IMG/VR virus record: IMGVR_UViG_3300032050_000160
Span: 1-57,929 of that record
DNA length: 57,929 nucleotides
DNA from: a virus
Lineage: Duplodnaviria > Caudoviricetes
Strand: one strand, 5' to 3'
Part shown: piece by piece, positions 8,365-17,634 of the stretch
Position numbering within the stretch: position 1 is the stretch's first letter
How the letters are laid out: every line of letters begins with the position of its first letter
Position numbers and translations under genes: made by a program
Notes under the pieces: generated by a model
What the model was told of the DNA's origin: nothing
What the model saw: the letters and a program-made list of their open reading frames with translations, nothing else
Database searches by the model: none

Positions 8365-8694
8365 CTAATCCATATCTTTGCTTTTTGCAATTTTTAATAA
8401 TATTAAATATCCGATAAGATCATCAATATCATTATCTCCAACATACTCTGTGCCACGCATAATTCTACTTAACTTGTCATCAATACGAACATGAAGTTGC
8501 TCTCTTGCATCAGTTTTACTAAAAATACGAACTGGATCAAGGGCAGAATTTCCATATGCGATATTTTTTTTAATTAACATATGTGCTATTTCATGACAAG
8601 ACTGCCAGATTTCTTTGCCAGCAGAAGTACCTACTGTTAATAAATATAAATCTTCACATTTAAAATTTTTAGCATCTGAAAATACTGGATTCAT
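8365..8694 (-). CDS. Nucleotide modification-associated domain 1 (Nmad1/DUF1599-like) protein
   Basis: KKNIAYGNS...RIDDKLSRI...DDLIGYLIL signature. Confidence 0.7.
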   Translation of the reverse strand: MNPVFSDAKNFKCEDLYLLTVGTSAGKEIWQSCHEIAHMLIKKNIAYGNSALDPVRIFSKTDAREQLHVRIDDKLSRIMRGTEYVGDNDIDDLIGYLILLKIAKSKDMD

Positions 8695-8843
8695 CTTTTT
8701 GACTTCCTTAATCCAAATTTAGCAAGATATACATAAATTGTTTCTACGCTAACCCCACATTCTTTGGCTATATCCTGTGGTGATTTTTTATCAATATGAT
8801 ATCTTTTTCTAAGCCACATCTCATTAGTATACATCTTTGTCAT
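8691..8843 (-). CDS. Small HTH DNA-binding protein (50 aa, below the ORF-track cutoff)
   Basis: Translated by hand: MTKMYTNEMWLRKRYHIDKKSPQDIAKECGVSVETIYVYLAKFGLRKSKR; IAKECGVSVETI HTH; ATGA overlap with the next gene. Confidence 0.8.
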   Translation of the reverse strand: MTKMYTNEMWLRKRYHIDKKSPQDIAKECGVSVETIYVYLAKFGLRKSKR

Positions 8844-8845
8844 AG

Positions 8846-9082
8846 TTAATGCAACCTAACTCTCCACTGCATTGATTCTGGACCCCTTTTTATCATTTCA
8901 AACATATGATCTTCAAACTCTACCTTCATCTCATAATAAATTTCAGGAGCAACATCTATTAATTTATCTGTGATGCTGTATAAGGTTTCTCCTGTTGAAG
9001 AATCAAAGCCTTCAATTTGTATAGCATTTTGTAATAATAAATGTTCTAGCATAGCCTCTGTTTTAATAAGATTTCTATCCAT
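8846..9082 (-). CDS. Hypothetical protein
   Basis: 78-aa ORF packed tightly in the operon. Confidence 0.6.
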   Translation of the reverse strand: MDRNLIKTEAMLEHLLLQNAIQIEGFDSSTGETLYSITDKLIDVAPEIYYEMKVEFEDHMFEMIKRGPESMQWRVRLH

Positions 9083-9650
9083 TACCTATCGCCTTTTCCC
9101 AATTATTTATTGCCCAATGTCCTATACCACAAGCATCTGCAACATCATAGTCATCTATTTTTTTATCATAAATAACATCTAATAACTTAATAGTTCTTTG
9201 TTTTCTAAAATCTCTTTCATAAGTTTTATACCAGGAAGTAGATTTTTTTGGATTAGCAGATCTTATCTGTAATTGTTCTTCTTTAGTTAATTTCTTATTG
9301 CCAAGATAACTTTGCCATGTTATTGGAGATACTTTGCCTATTATATTAATTTCTGTCATTCCAGCCCCTCCCAAAATAGCGCCTTGTACTAAAGCAAGAT
9401 CTGCTGCTGTTTTGGGGGAATTCATAAAAACTGTATGCTCTATAACTATAGCATTAATAAAATTATAATAAGAAAACAATGCCTTAGATTTTTTGCAAGC
9501 ATCTATAATTTTTTCATAAACATTATTTCCTTCAAAGTTAATCTTGCCATACTCTATTAAATTTTTATCTGAGTATATTGCAAACGCCAGACTATTTGTG
9601 CTTGCGTCTATTGCACATATACTATATGGTTGATCACTTTCTTTTATCAT
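9075..9650 (-). CDS. RuvC-like Holliday junction resolvase
   Basis: AIDASTNSLAFA, IVIEH and DVADACGIG RNase H-fold acidic motifs. Confidence 0.8.
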   Translation of the reverse strand: MIKESDQPYSICAIDASTNSLAFAIYSDKNLIEYGKINFEGNNVYEKIIDACKKSKALFSYYNFINAIVIEHTVFMNSPKTAADLALVQGAILGGAGMTEINIIGKVSPITWQSYLGNKKLTKEEQLQIRSANPKKSTSWYKTYERDFRKQRTIKLLDVIYDKKIDDYDVADACGIGHWAINNWEKAIGNG

Positions 9651-9921
9651 TTGACAATCCTTTTACTTGTCTTAAAGCCCTTTTTACATCATTTGGATTA
9701 ATAATACATTTATTACACAATGGTTCATCATTATATATAGATAGTTTTTCTCCGCATTGCTTGCATACTCTATTTTTTCCTTTACGTTTTTGTCGTCTAG
9801 TTTGAATATACCTTTGTGCAATTTTTTCTTTAGTTGCTTCATCTCTACATTTTTCTGAACAATATATTTGATAAGATATATTGGATTCAAATGTATGATC
9901 ACACCATCTACAACTTTTCAT
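9634..9921 (-). CDS. Zinc-finger protein
   Basis: CRWC, YCSEKC, CKQC and LCNKC Cys pairs. Confidence 0.65.
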   Translation of the reverse strand: MKSCRWCDHTFESNISYQIYCSEKCRDEATKEKIAQRYIQTRRQKRKGKNRVCKQCGEKLSIYNDEPLCNKCIINPNDVKRALRQVKGLSNDKRK

Positions 9922-10765
9922 CTTCTAGCAACTCCAGAGGTTTAAGTTTAACTACCCCTGTCTCTGCTTCAGCGCATGCTTTTTGAATTGGACATGCCTT
10001 GCATATTTTAGAATTAGATCGATAAGGTTTTTGTGGAAGTTCCCTATCTTGCCAACTCTTATATACTTTTCGCATCCAATCAAATGCCTGGTCTACCCAC
10101 CGACGGTAATGATCGTTTACTACTATAGGCAAAGTTAACAATTCATGATTATTTTTATTTTCATAAATTATTACACCTTTGCCGATTTTCCAAACCTTCA
10201 TATACATTAGCAACTGCATAAGATGTGCCATCTTAGGTTTTTTGCTATTTTTTTTATATTCAAATCCCTCATTACTAATTGTTTTTATTTCTCCAATTAC
10301 CCGCTCATCATTTATATTAAGCATCACATCGCCGTACCCATCAAGCGGTGGATCGTCTAACTTAACTCTGAACTCCATTGCTGGATGAGTTTGTTTATTA
10401 TATTTTCTTGGAAGTGGATCCATCTCCATTGTTGAATCAAGAAGTCCAGAGGCTTCAATTGCTTCCTGAATTCTTTCGTGTCCTAGAGTTCCGTTTGTTC
10501 TGTTGGCCACACCAAAGGGGGTGGAGTCATCATAAAATACAGCACCATCAAAAGCAAGATACCAGTATCTTGGGCATTCTCCAGCACCATAAGTTAAACC
10601 AGATGCAGAAAAATTACTCTTTTTACTAAACTTAGGTTTAGTTTTAACCATATATCCAGATTGAATTTTTTCAATTAATCCGTCAACAAAACTAACATCT
10701 TCACCATTTGATTTAGTGACTTCATTCTTTTTTACCATTACCTGTTTTAATAAATTTTTTGTCAT
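9908..10765 (-). CDS. Cas4-like PD-(D/E)XK exonuclease with Fe-S cysteines
   Basis: CPRYWY, GT..H, GYGD, EIKT, QLLMY and C-terminal CKACPIQKAC. Confidence 0.8.
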   Translation of the reverse strand: MTKNLLKQVMVKKNEVTKSNGEDVSFVDGLIEKIQSGYMVKTKPKFSKKSNFSASGLTYGAGECPRYWYLAFDGAVFYDDSTPFGVANRTNGTLGHERIQEAIEASGLLDSTMEMDPLPRKYNKQTHPAMEFRVKLDDPPLDGYGDVMLNINDERVIGEIKTISNEGFEYKKNSKKPKMAHLMQLLMYMKVWKIGKGVIIYENKNNHELLTLPIVVNDHYRRWVDQAFDWMRKVYKSWQDRELPQKPYRSNSKICKACPIQKACAEAETGVVKLKPLELLEDEKL

Positions 10766-10799
10766 TATTATCCTTTGTTTGAATTAAGTATATCAGATA

Positions 10800-11108
10800 T
10801 TAGCGAGTTATGTATTTAAGAGCAGATACTAAGTTATTTATAGATTCTGCTGCAGTATAATATAAATTCTTTTTACCCCTATTTGACTTATCTACATTTG
10901 CCATCCAGGTTGCCTTTAAAGACATCTTTGATGCAATTGCCTGCAGTCTTACTATTTCTAATGTAGCAACATTCATCGGTATATCTGGTTTTAGAATAAG
11001 TTTGGCTATTGTAGTTAAAGCAACAGTAAACTCTTCATCTTGCATATATTCAGCAATTTCAGATAATCCGTTTATTAATTCTAATGTTGTTTTTTGTTCA
11101 TCCAACAT
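10800..11108 (-). CDS. Hypothetical helical protein
   Basis: 102-aa ORF (TTG start) in the recombination operon. Confidence 0.6.
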   Translation of the reverse strand: MLDEQKTTLELINGLSEIAEYMQDEEFTVALTTIAKLILKPDIPMNVATLEIVRLQAIASKMSLKATWMANVDKSNRGKKNLYYTAAESINNLVSALKYITR

Positions 11109-11880
11109 TATTGTTCTTTCGTCTAAGTGCCTCTTCGTATTTCTGATCTAATGATTTTAATTTAAACTTGGCGTGTTCATCTTCTAACTTTGCCATCTCT
11201 TCTTGCCAAGCATCGTTGTACTCGTCAAATTTACTTTTTTCTTTCCATTCTTTAAATCTAATTTTTCTAGCCTCTGGATCACGTGCTGGTATATTTAATT
11301 CATCAAAATCTTTTTGAACTGCAAAGTGTGCTGTCCACACCTCACAATTATCACCTTCTTTGAGAATAATAGGATCTCTCCAGTGTATTGACCCTGCTCC
11401 CCAAAAAAGTAACAAGTCTCCATACTCCATATCAAAACGATGTAATTCGCCGTGAGTATCGATAACTATTGGCCAACTAACATTTGCATCTAATTGATAA
11501 TCTATAGTAAGTTTAGTAAAATAATTATCAGAATCAAAATGAGGAGGCAGTTTAGGTGAAACTGAATCTTTTGTATTATGTTTTTTATTATAAGATAAAT
11601 AACTATTGTGTGTCATCTTAACATCTTCTCCAACAAAATCAGATGCAAAGTCTTCTATTTTCTTTAATAATTTTCCCGAAACCTTTAATTCTATTTGCTC
11701 TCTAGCCAACTCTGGGAGAACTAATGGTGAATAAAAGCCCCCTGGTGGAAGGCTTCTTCCATGATCAATTAACTCTTTTATTTCTTTAACCTCATCATCA
11801 GATAAAAATCCTTTTATAATGTGAGGAATAACATCGTCATACTGTCCAAACTTTTTAGGCTTATAGGCTGCATTTATCAT
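11098..11880 (-). CDS. 2OG-Fe(II) oxygenase-like protein (moron)
   Basis: PPHFD (HxD), WPI, GDLLLFWG...HWR (distal His); own leaderless promoter. Confidence 0.65.
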   Translation of the reverse strand: MINAAYKPKKFGQYDDVIPHIIKGFLSDDEVKEIKELIDHGRSLPPGGFYSPLVLPELAREQIELKVSGKLLKKIEDFASDFVGEDVKMTHNSYLSYNKKHNTKDSVSPKLPPHFDSDNYFTKLTIDYQLDANVSWPIVIDTHGELHRFDMEYGDLLLFWGAGSIHWRDPIILKEGDNCEVWTAHFAVQKDFDELNIPARDPEARKIRFKEWKEKSKFDEYNDAWQEEMAKLEDEHAKFKLKSLDQKYEEALRRKNNNVG

Positions 11881-11887
11881 ATCTATA

Positions 11888-12187
11888 TTATACCATCTCT
11901 CTAAAATCTGTATTAATTAATTCATCTAAAATAGAAAATTCTAATATTGCCAATCTTATTTTTTTATTGCCCTCGCCTAAAATAACTACAATCGCTGGAT
12001 CATTGTTATTTTTAATAGCGTCTGTTGTTGCTTTTGCCCATACATTGTGGTTTATAGTAAAAGACTTTTTGCTTTCTTTAAAATCTACTGTAAAATTTTC
12101 CCACGTTGCATCGCCTTTCTTAATACCCCTACCAGAATTTTTATGCTGTTTGGCACCAATTCTTTTACTTTCACTCTTCTCGCTCAT
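11888..12187 (-). CDS. Small PD-(D/E)XK endonuclease (Hjc-like resolvase)
   Basis: E...NSG...KGDA....VDFKE motif. Confidence 0.6.
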   Translation of the reverse strand: MSEKSESKRIGAKQHKNSGRGIKKGDATWENFTVDFKESKKSFTINHNVWAKATTDAIKNNNDPAIVVILGEGNKKIRLAILEFSILDELINTDFREMV

Positions 12188-12356
12188 TAGTCCTCTTTTT
12201 TTTATATCCTACTTTAAAAAGTTCTACCTCAGATAAATGTTTATCTGAACACATCCATGAAGCCATACCAGTTGAAGCATAAATACGAATAGTCCTTACT
12301 TCTTTTTTACAATCTTTGCAAGGAAATCTTCCTTCATAAATTGTATATTTATCCAC
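12171..12356 (-). CDS. Small zinc-ribbon protein
   Basis: CKDC...CSDKH. Confidence 0.55.
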   Translation of the reverse strand: MDKYTIYEGRFPCKDCKKEVRTIRIYASTGMASWMCSDKHLSEVELFKVGYKKKRTNEREE

Positions 12357-13362
12357 TAATCTTAGTCTTAATCATGTCTTGTAGATCAAGATCCTCTCTT
12401 ACTCGTGAAACAAATCCATCTCTTCCTTGAACCTTTGAGCCATCTGGTAGGATGTACCAAGCACCTGTACGCTCAACAATGCCCATTAATTCTGCTGTGT
12501 CGACAAGATCAGCAATCCCATCAACACCCAAATTATTTCCCCTAAAATAAAAATCATATTCGCCAGATTGAAAAGCAGGACTGGTTTTAGAAAATTGAAG
12601 TTCCCATCTAATCTTTCTTCCAATCTTTTCTTCAATTGCCTTATCTCCAACATATATTTTTCCTTTTAATGCTTGGTTTTCTGATTCAGAAGAAAATAGT
12701 TTAACCACAGTAGATGAATAAAATTTTGTGGCCTGACCTCCAGTTGGCTGCTGACTTGTATACATTGCATTAATATTATTTCTAGATTGAGAAATTAAAA
12801 TTAATAATGTTGGCTTAACTTTATTATTTGCATAGTTTAACATCTTCCAAGCATTGCTAAAGTCACGAGATTCTGCACCAATCTGCTTTGTATTTTCTAA
12901 CTGCTTAAGTTCACTAGAATCTTTTTCAAAATAAATAGCAGGTAATAACGATGTAATAGAGTCAACCACAATAATGTCAACTCCTGCCTCTATTAAACTT
13001 ACGCCAACATCCACCATCTCATTAATAGTTCTTGCTTGCGAAACAATTAGTTTAGATGTGTCTACTCCTAACTTTTCTGCCCAATCTTTGTCGTATGACA
13101 TTTCTGCATCTATCCAAGCACATATCTTTCCCTCAGCCTGAGCCAACGCTATAGTTTGTAGACATAAAGAAGACTTGGCACTTGACTTACTGCCCCATAT
13201 AAGCACTTGACGTCCATAAGGAAGACCGCCATTGAGGGCACGGTTAAGTCCAAAACTTGGTGTTGCTGCATATTCTGTTTTAGGAATCTCATCTCCTACT
13301 AAAATACTTTTTCTTAATTTAGGATTTAGTTGTGCCAATACTTCTTCTATTGTTACTGTCAT
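12349..13362 (-). CDS. recA: RecA/UvsX-like recombinase
   Basis: GGLPYGR, P-loop GSKSSAKS, WIDAE, IVVDS, ISQ.R, PTGGQATKFYSS, GAWY. Confidence 0.9.
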   Translation of the reverse strand: MTVTIEEVLAQLNPKLRKSILVGDEIPKTEYAATPSFGLNRALNGGLPYGRQVLIWGSKSSAKSSLCLQTIALAQAEGKICAWIDAEMSYDKDWAEKLGVDTSKLIVSQARTINEMVDVGVSLIEAGVDIIVVDSITSLLPAIYFEKDSSELKQLENTKQIGAESRDFSNAWKMLNYANNKVKPTLLILISQSRNNINAMYTSQQPTGGQATKFYSSTVVKLFSSESENQALKGKIYVGDKAIEEKIGRKIRWELQFSKTSPAFQSGEYDFYFRGNNLGVDGIADLVDTAELMGIVERTGAWYILPDGSKVQGRDGFVSRVREDLDLQDMIKTKISG

Positions 13363-13679
13363 TAGAATCTTACTCCATGCTTCTTTGGTCTATGAGTGTT
13401 ACGTTCCATTTTTTCTTTGATTGCATAATCAAGAGATTTTTTTACATACCCTGCTTCTGCAATACCAGCGTATAGATCAAGGGTACGAATAATAATATCT
13501 GCGAACTCATCTGATATTTGATCAGGATCCATATCTTTACGAAGTGCCTCCATTGCCTCAGATACCTCAGATACAATCATCATCATTTGCTTGGCTATAA
13601 AAATAGGATCTACAGTTCTATCCCAAAAACCTTTTTCAACTGCTGTCTTATGTATTTCTTCTGCTAAATCATCAAACAC
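13362..13679 (-). CDS. MazG-like NTP pyrophosphohydrolase
   Basis: SEVSEAMEALR...DEFADIIIR...KMERN.RP motif. Confidence 0.85.
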   Translation of the reverse strand: MFDDLAEEIHKTAVEKGFWDRTVDPIFIAKQMMMIVSEVSEAMEALRKDMDPDQISDEFADIIIRTLDLYAGIAEAGYVKKSLDYAIKEKMERNTHRPKKHGVRF

Positions 13680-16600
13680 TTACATCCTCCAATATTACAG
13701 TTCCATCTTTTGTTTTTCCAAATTCAAACTTGTAGGCATGACCTTCTTCAATTTTCATATATGCTTTTGCAAAGGCAGTAGGAAATACTGTAACAGAGTG
13801 TAACTCTCTAGATGTATCTGCTAAAGTAAGAGATGCCATTTTCTTGCCTGCTTTCGTTACCCTTGGTTTAAATGATACCACAAATAGTTCATCATCTTTA
13901 TATGGCAACATTCTATAATTTAAAAATTTAACTAATGCTGAATCTGATCCTTTTAATTCGTCAACTGGAACTGCACTAACAATCCTATTATCATTACATA
14001 AAACTAAATAACTTCTTCCTGCTTCAATTGTGGTTTGTTCTTCATCAAATATTCCAATGCTACCAGTTTTATCTAGAATCTCTACACGAGACCATCCCTT
14101 GCCTCTTTTAATACCTTTTACCATCCCCATAAGGATAAAGGATCCCTTTTCTTCAAAATCCTCTACTGGATTTATAAAAGCATGATAGTGAGATGGAACT
14201 GTTTGAGTAAACTCTGGTAGCCCAAGATATTCATAAAGATTTTCACGAATCTCATTATCATTTCTTGGATTATCTGGAAATGTTGCAGCGCCAATAATCC
14301 TTAATGATTCTAATGCCCTACTATTTACTCCATTACCTTTGGTGAATGTAAAGTCTCTAACTTCCTCAAAAGACTTAAAAGGTCGTGCCGATATATATCG
14401 TTCTGCAATTTTATCAGAGATAAACTTGATACCCGATAATCCAAACCGAATACCCTTACCCTCAATTTTAAAATCAATATCCGAATCGTTAATGTGAGGT
14501 AGTTTAATGCTAATCCCCATTCTTTTCGCTTCAATAAGATATTCAGTTCGTGCATCTTTGTCCCTTTCATTCTTTAGTAATGAATACATAAATTCAATTG
14601 GATAATAATATTTTAGCCATGCTGTCCAATACGAGAGCGTAGAATAAGCAACCGCATGAGACTTGTTGAACGAATAACCAGCATGCGCTTCAAAGTCATG
14701 CCATAGATCACGAGCAGTATTAGGACTAATATACTTAGAAGCACCTTCAACGAATTTATCCCGAAACGCATCAAACTCTCTTGCATCTTTTTTCTTACCG
14801 ATAATTTTACGAACCTTATCGGCCTCAGACCAAGACATACCTCCTAATTGAACACAAGCCTGCATAACCTGCTCCTGGTATAGGATACACCCATATGTTT
14901 CTTCTGTGAATGGCTTCATTGTTTGATGTAAATAATTTACTGCCTGCCTACCGTGCTTTCTTTCAATATAGTCTTTCCCAATAGTATTCATGGCACCTGG
15001 ACGAACTAAAGCATTTGAAGCAGAAAGTTCTGCTAGATTTTTTACACCCATTTTAATTAGAAGGTTTGTATATGGTGTGGCTTCGCATTGAAATACACCC
15101 TTAGTATATCCTTCAGAAAGCATTTGATATACCTTTTGATCTGTCATATCTATTTTTAGCAGATCTATATCTGTGCCTTCTCTTTCTTTAATTATCTTAA
15201 TAGTATCTTTGATAACACTTAATGTTTTAAGACCCAGCGCATCTATTTTGATAAGCCCGATTTTTTCAGCCTCTTCCATATCAACTGCCACAACAGGAAT
15301 ACGCTCATCGGAACCAGGAGAATTACGTGTCTCCATCGGTGCGTACCTAAAAATAGGATTTTTGCTAGTGACAACACCAGCAGCGTGTATACCAGTACCT
15401 CTAATACGACCACGAAGTTGTTCTCCATATTGCTCTACCTCTGGATATTTCTCTCTAAACCATTCTGTAGTTTTTGAAGTGCAGTACTCATCCCAAGTAT
15501 CTACCAACTTCAAAACTTTATTTACATCTGCTAATGGTATGTTTAGTGCACGAGCAACATCTCGTACTACACCTTTATCTTTAAATTCTAAAAATGTTGC
15601 AATAGAAGCAACATGTTTATATTGCCTTACAAGATAATCTTTAACTTCATCACGACGAGAATCTTGAATATCTGTATCAATATCTGGAAAGTCATTACGC
15701 TCAGGATTAATAAAGCGGAAGAATAACAGTCCATGTTTCAATGGATCAATATCGGTAATGCCTAATGCGTAACAAAGCAATGATCCAGCAGATGATCCAC
15801 GACCTGGACCAACCATAATGCCTTCCTTCTTTGCCCATGAGATCATACTTTGAACCACAAGAAAATAAGGACCAAACTTTTTATCTTGAATAACTGTTAA
15901 TTCTTCTTCAAGCCTATCAAGATATTCTTTGTTATTGTCCAAACCTTTTTCTGCTAAACCTTCTATTGCTAGTTGCTTTAATTGTTTATCTGGATTTTTA
16001 TATTGAACTGGCAGAAGATTAAGATTATCTTTAATATCATAGTCTTCAATCTTATTGGCAAGTTCAATTGTATTTTCGTAGATATCTGTTCTAAAAATGG
16101 CCTGCTTCTCCATAGCAGCCTGAATTTCCTCATATGAAAGCAAATGAATATCAAACTTATTGAATGACATCTGTCTATCTGCACCGTATAGGTAGTCAAG
16201 ACGCTTCATTAAGTCCCCTTGCTTTTTGGACTTTTCATATGTAGCATCTTTCTGAATTTTGTTTGAATATGTATTAAGAATAAGTTTTAACTCTTGAATT
16301 TCTTTTTGTGAAGGATCAACATGGTGACAGTCTGGAGTTACAATTGGCTTGATCTTAAACTCATCTGCTAATTGCAATATTGTTTGATTTATAGACTCAT
16401 CGTTATGAGGCATTACCTCAAGATAATAATCTTCGCCAAACTCTTCTTTAAACCATTTAATATATTTCTTTGCCATTCCTAATTCGCCAAGTTCAATTGA
16501 CTTAGCAATAATACCGCTAGGACATGCAGAAGAAACAATAATACCTTCTTTATATTTAGACAATACTTCAAAATCAATTCGTGGTTTCTTATAATATCCT

Positions 16601-16947
16601 TCAGTCCACGCTATTTCATTTAATTTATTTAGATTTTCTAGGCCTACCTTGTTCTTGGCTAGAAGAATGATATGGTTATACACCATGTCTAGTGGAGTAG
16701 TGCGATCTGCCTTGTCTCTTTGATCAAAACGATCTTCACACATATATCCTTCTATGCCAAGAATAGGCTTGATACCACTTGCTTTGGCAACACGATACAT
16801 TTCTCTGTGGCCAGAAAGGGAGCCATGGTCTGTAATCGATATTGCAGGCATACCCAATTTTGTAGCACGATCTACATATTCAGATGGCAACCCGATACCA
16901 TCGAACAATGAAAAGTGAGTATGTAAGTGTAGTGGTACGTAATTCAT
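13672..16947 (-). CDS. dnaE: DNA polymerase III alpha subunit (family C)
   Basis: PHP domain HLHTHFS/TDHG, GPGRGSSAGSL, PDIDTD catalytic motif, HAAGVV, KIDALGL, YSFNKSHA. Confidence 0.97.
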   Translation of the reverse strand: MNYVPLHLHTHFSLFDGIGLPSEYVDRATKLGMPAISITDHGSLSGHREMYRVAKASGIKPILGIEGYMCEDRFDQRDKADRTTPLDMVYNHIILLAKNKVGLENLNKLNEIAWTEGYYKKPRIDFEVLSKYKEGIIVSSACPSGIIAKSIELGELGMAKKYIKWFKEEFGEDYYLEVMPHNDESINQTILQLADEFKIKPIVTPDCHHVDPSQKEIQELKLILNTYSNKIQKDATYEKSKKQGDLMKRLDYLYGADRQMSFNKFDIHLLSYEEIQAAMEKQAIFRTDIYENTIELANKIEDYDIKDNLNLLPVQYKNPDKQLKQLAIEGLAEKGLDNNKEYLDRLEEELTVIQDKKFGPYFLVVQSMISWAKKEGIMVGPGRGSSAGSLLCYALGITDIDPLKHGLLFFRFINPERNDFPDIDTDIQDSRRDEVKDYLVRQYKHVASIATFLEFKDKGVVRDVARALNIPLADVNKVLKLVDTWDEYCTSKTTEWFREKYPEVEQYGEQLRGRIRGTGIHAAGVVTSKNPIFRYAPMETRNSPGSDERIPVVAVDMEEAEKIGLIKIDALGLKTLSVIKDTIKIIKEREGTDIDLLKIDMTDQKVYQMLSEGYTKGVFQCEATPYTNLLIKMGVKNLAELSASNALVRPGAMNTIGKDYIERKHGRQAVNYLHQTMKPFTEETYGCILYQEQVMQACVQLGGMSWSEADKVRKIIGKKKDAREFDAFRDKFVEGASKYISPNTARDLWHDFEAHAGYSFNKSHAVAYSTLSYWTAWLKYYYPIEFMYSLLKNERDKDARTEYLIEAKRMGISIKLPHINDSDIDFKIEGKGIRFGLSGIKFISDKIAERYISARPFKSFEEVRDFTFTKGNGVNSRALESLRIIGAATFPDNPRNDNEIRENLYEYLGLPEFTQTVPSHYHAFINPVEDFEEKGSFILMGMVKGIKRGKGWSRVEILDKTGSIGIFDEEQTTIEAGRSYLVLCNDNRIVSAVPVDELKGSDSALVKFLNYRMLPYKDDELFVVSFKPRVTKAGKKMASLTLADTSRELHSVTVFPTAFAKAYMKIEEGHAYKFEFGKTKDGTVILEDVSV

Positions 16948-16950
16948 CTA

Positions 16951-17613
16951 CTACCAGTCGATATTCGTCGCTGATGTAGATGAAGGCGAATCAAATCCGA
17001 GATAGAATGCTTCTTGTTCAGCATATGGAACACGACGCAATGCTTTCTCTAGTGGATATGGCTCAATGCCTTCCCAATTAAATGGTTCCTTATCTGGAGC
17101 CGATGGAATTAAAGTATAAGACGTTTCAGTTCCCTGACCGTTACGCTTTAACTTCCATGTAATATTTGAAATGCTTCCTGTTTCAAGAGCATATTCACGA
17201 ATAGTGTTAAATGAAGATTGCTTGCTAACACCCATAGACCAAATAGCAACATAAGGCTTATCCTCAATACCATCATCTACAAGTACATTACAATAGAAAC
17301 GCAAACGACCACGCCATCCGCTATTGCCTTTTGGATCTTTACGATACATTTCCTCAGCCCAGTCACGGCCTTCGGTATCCATAGTATCCACAGCCTTACG
17401 CTTATAGTCTTTTGGATTTGTATGTTCTTTAACAACAAGTGCAAGACCACGCTTGTCATTATAATTTGCGGAATCCTCATCCAATTCTTCAATGAACCGA
17501 ATTTTAACTGCTTGTCCATCAGCCAACTTTAGCCAACGAACCTTTGGACCGCTCTCATCTGTTTTCTTATCGAGCAGGGCATTGATGTTTTTTAATCCCT
17601 TAATAACGCTCAT
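16951..17613 (-). CDS. Single-stranded DNA-binding protein (gp32-like OB fold)
   Basis: WLKLADGQAVKIRF...KRNGQGTETSY, ends ..IDW; strong RBS; between primase and DnaE. Confidence 0.7.
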   Translation of the reverse strand: MSVIKGLKNINALLDKKTDESGPKVRWLKLADGQAVKIRFIEELDEDSANYNDKRGLALVVKEHTNPKDYKRKAVDTMDTEGRDWAEEMYRKDPKGNSGWRGRLRFYCNVLVDDGIEDKPYVAIWSMGVSKQSSFNTIREYALETGSISNITWKLKRNGQGTETSYTLIPSAPDKEPFNWEGIEPYPLEKALRRVPYAEQEAFYLGFDSPSSTSATNIDW

Positions 17614-17634
17614 AGTTTTTCTCCTTTGTTTTTT

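Noticed and set aside
9908-10765. Cas4 as evidence of a CRISPR-Cas system
   Set aside because: No cas1/cas2 or array; stand-alone Cas4-like nucleases are common in phage recombination modules.
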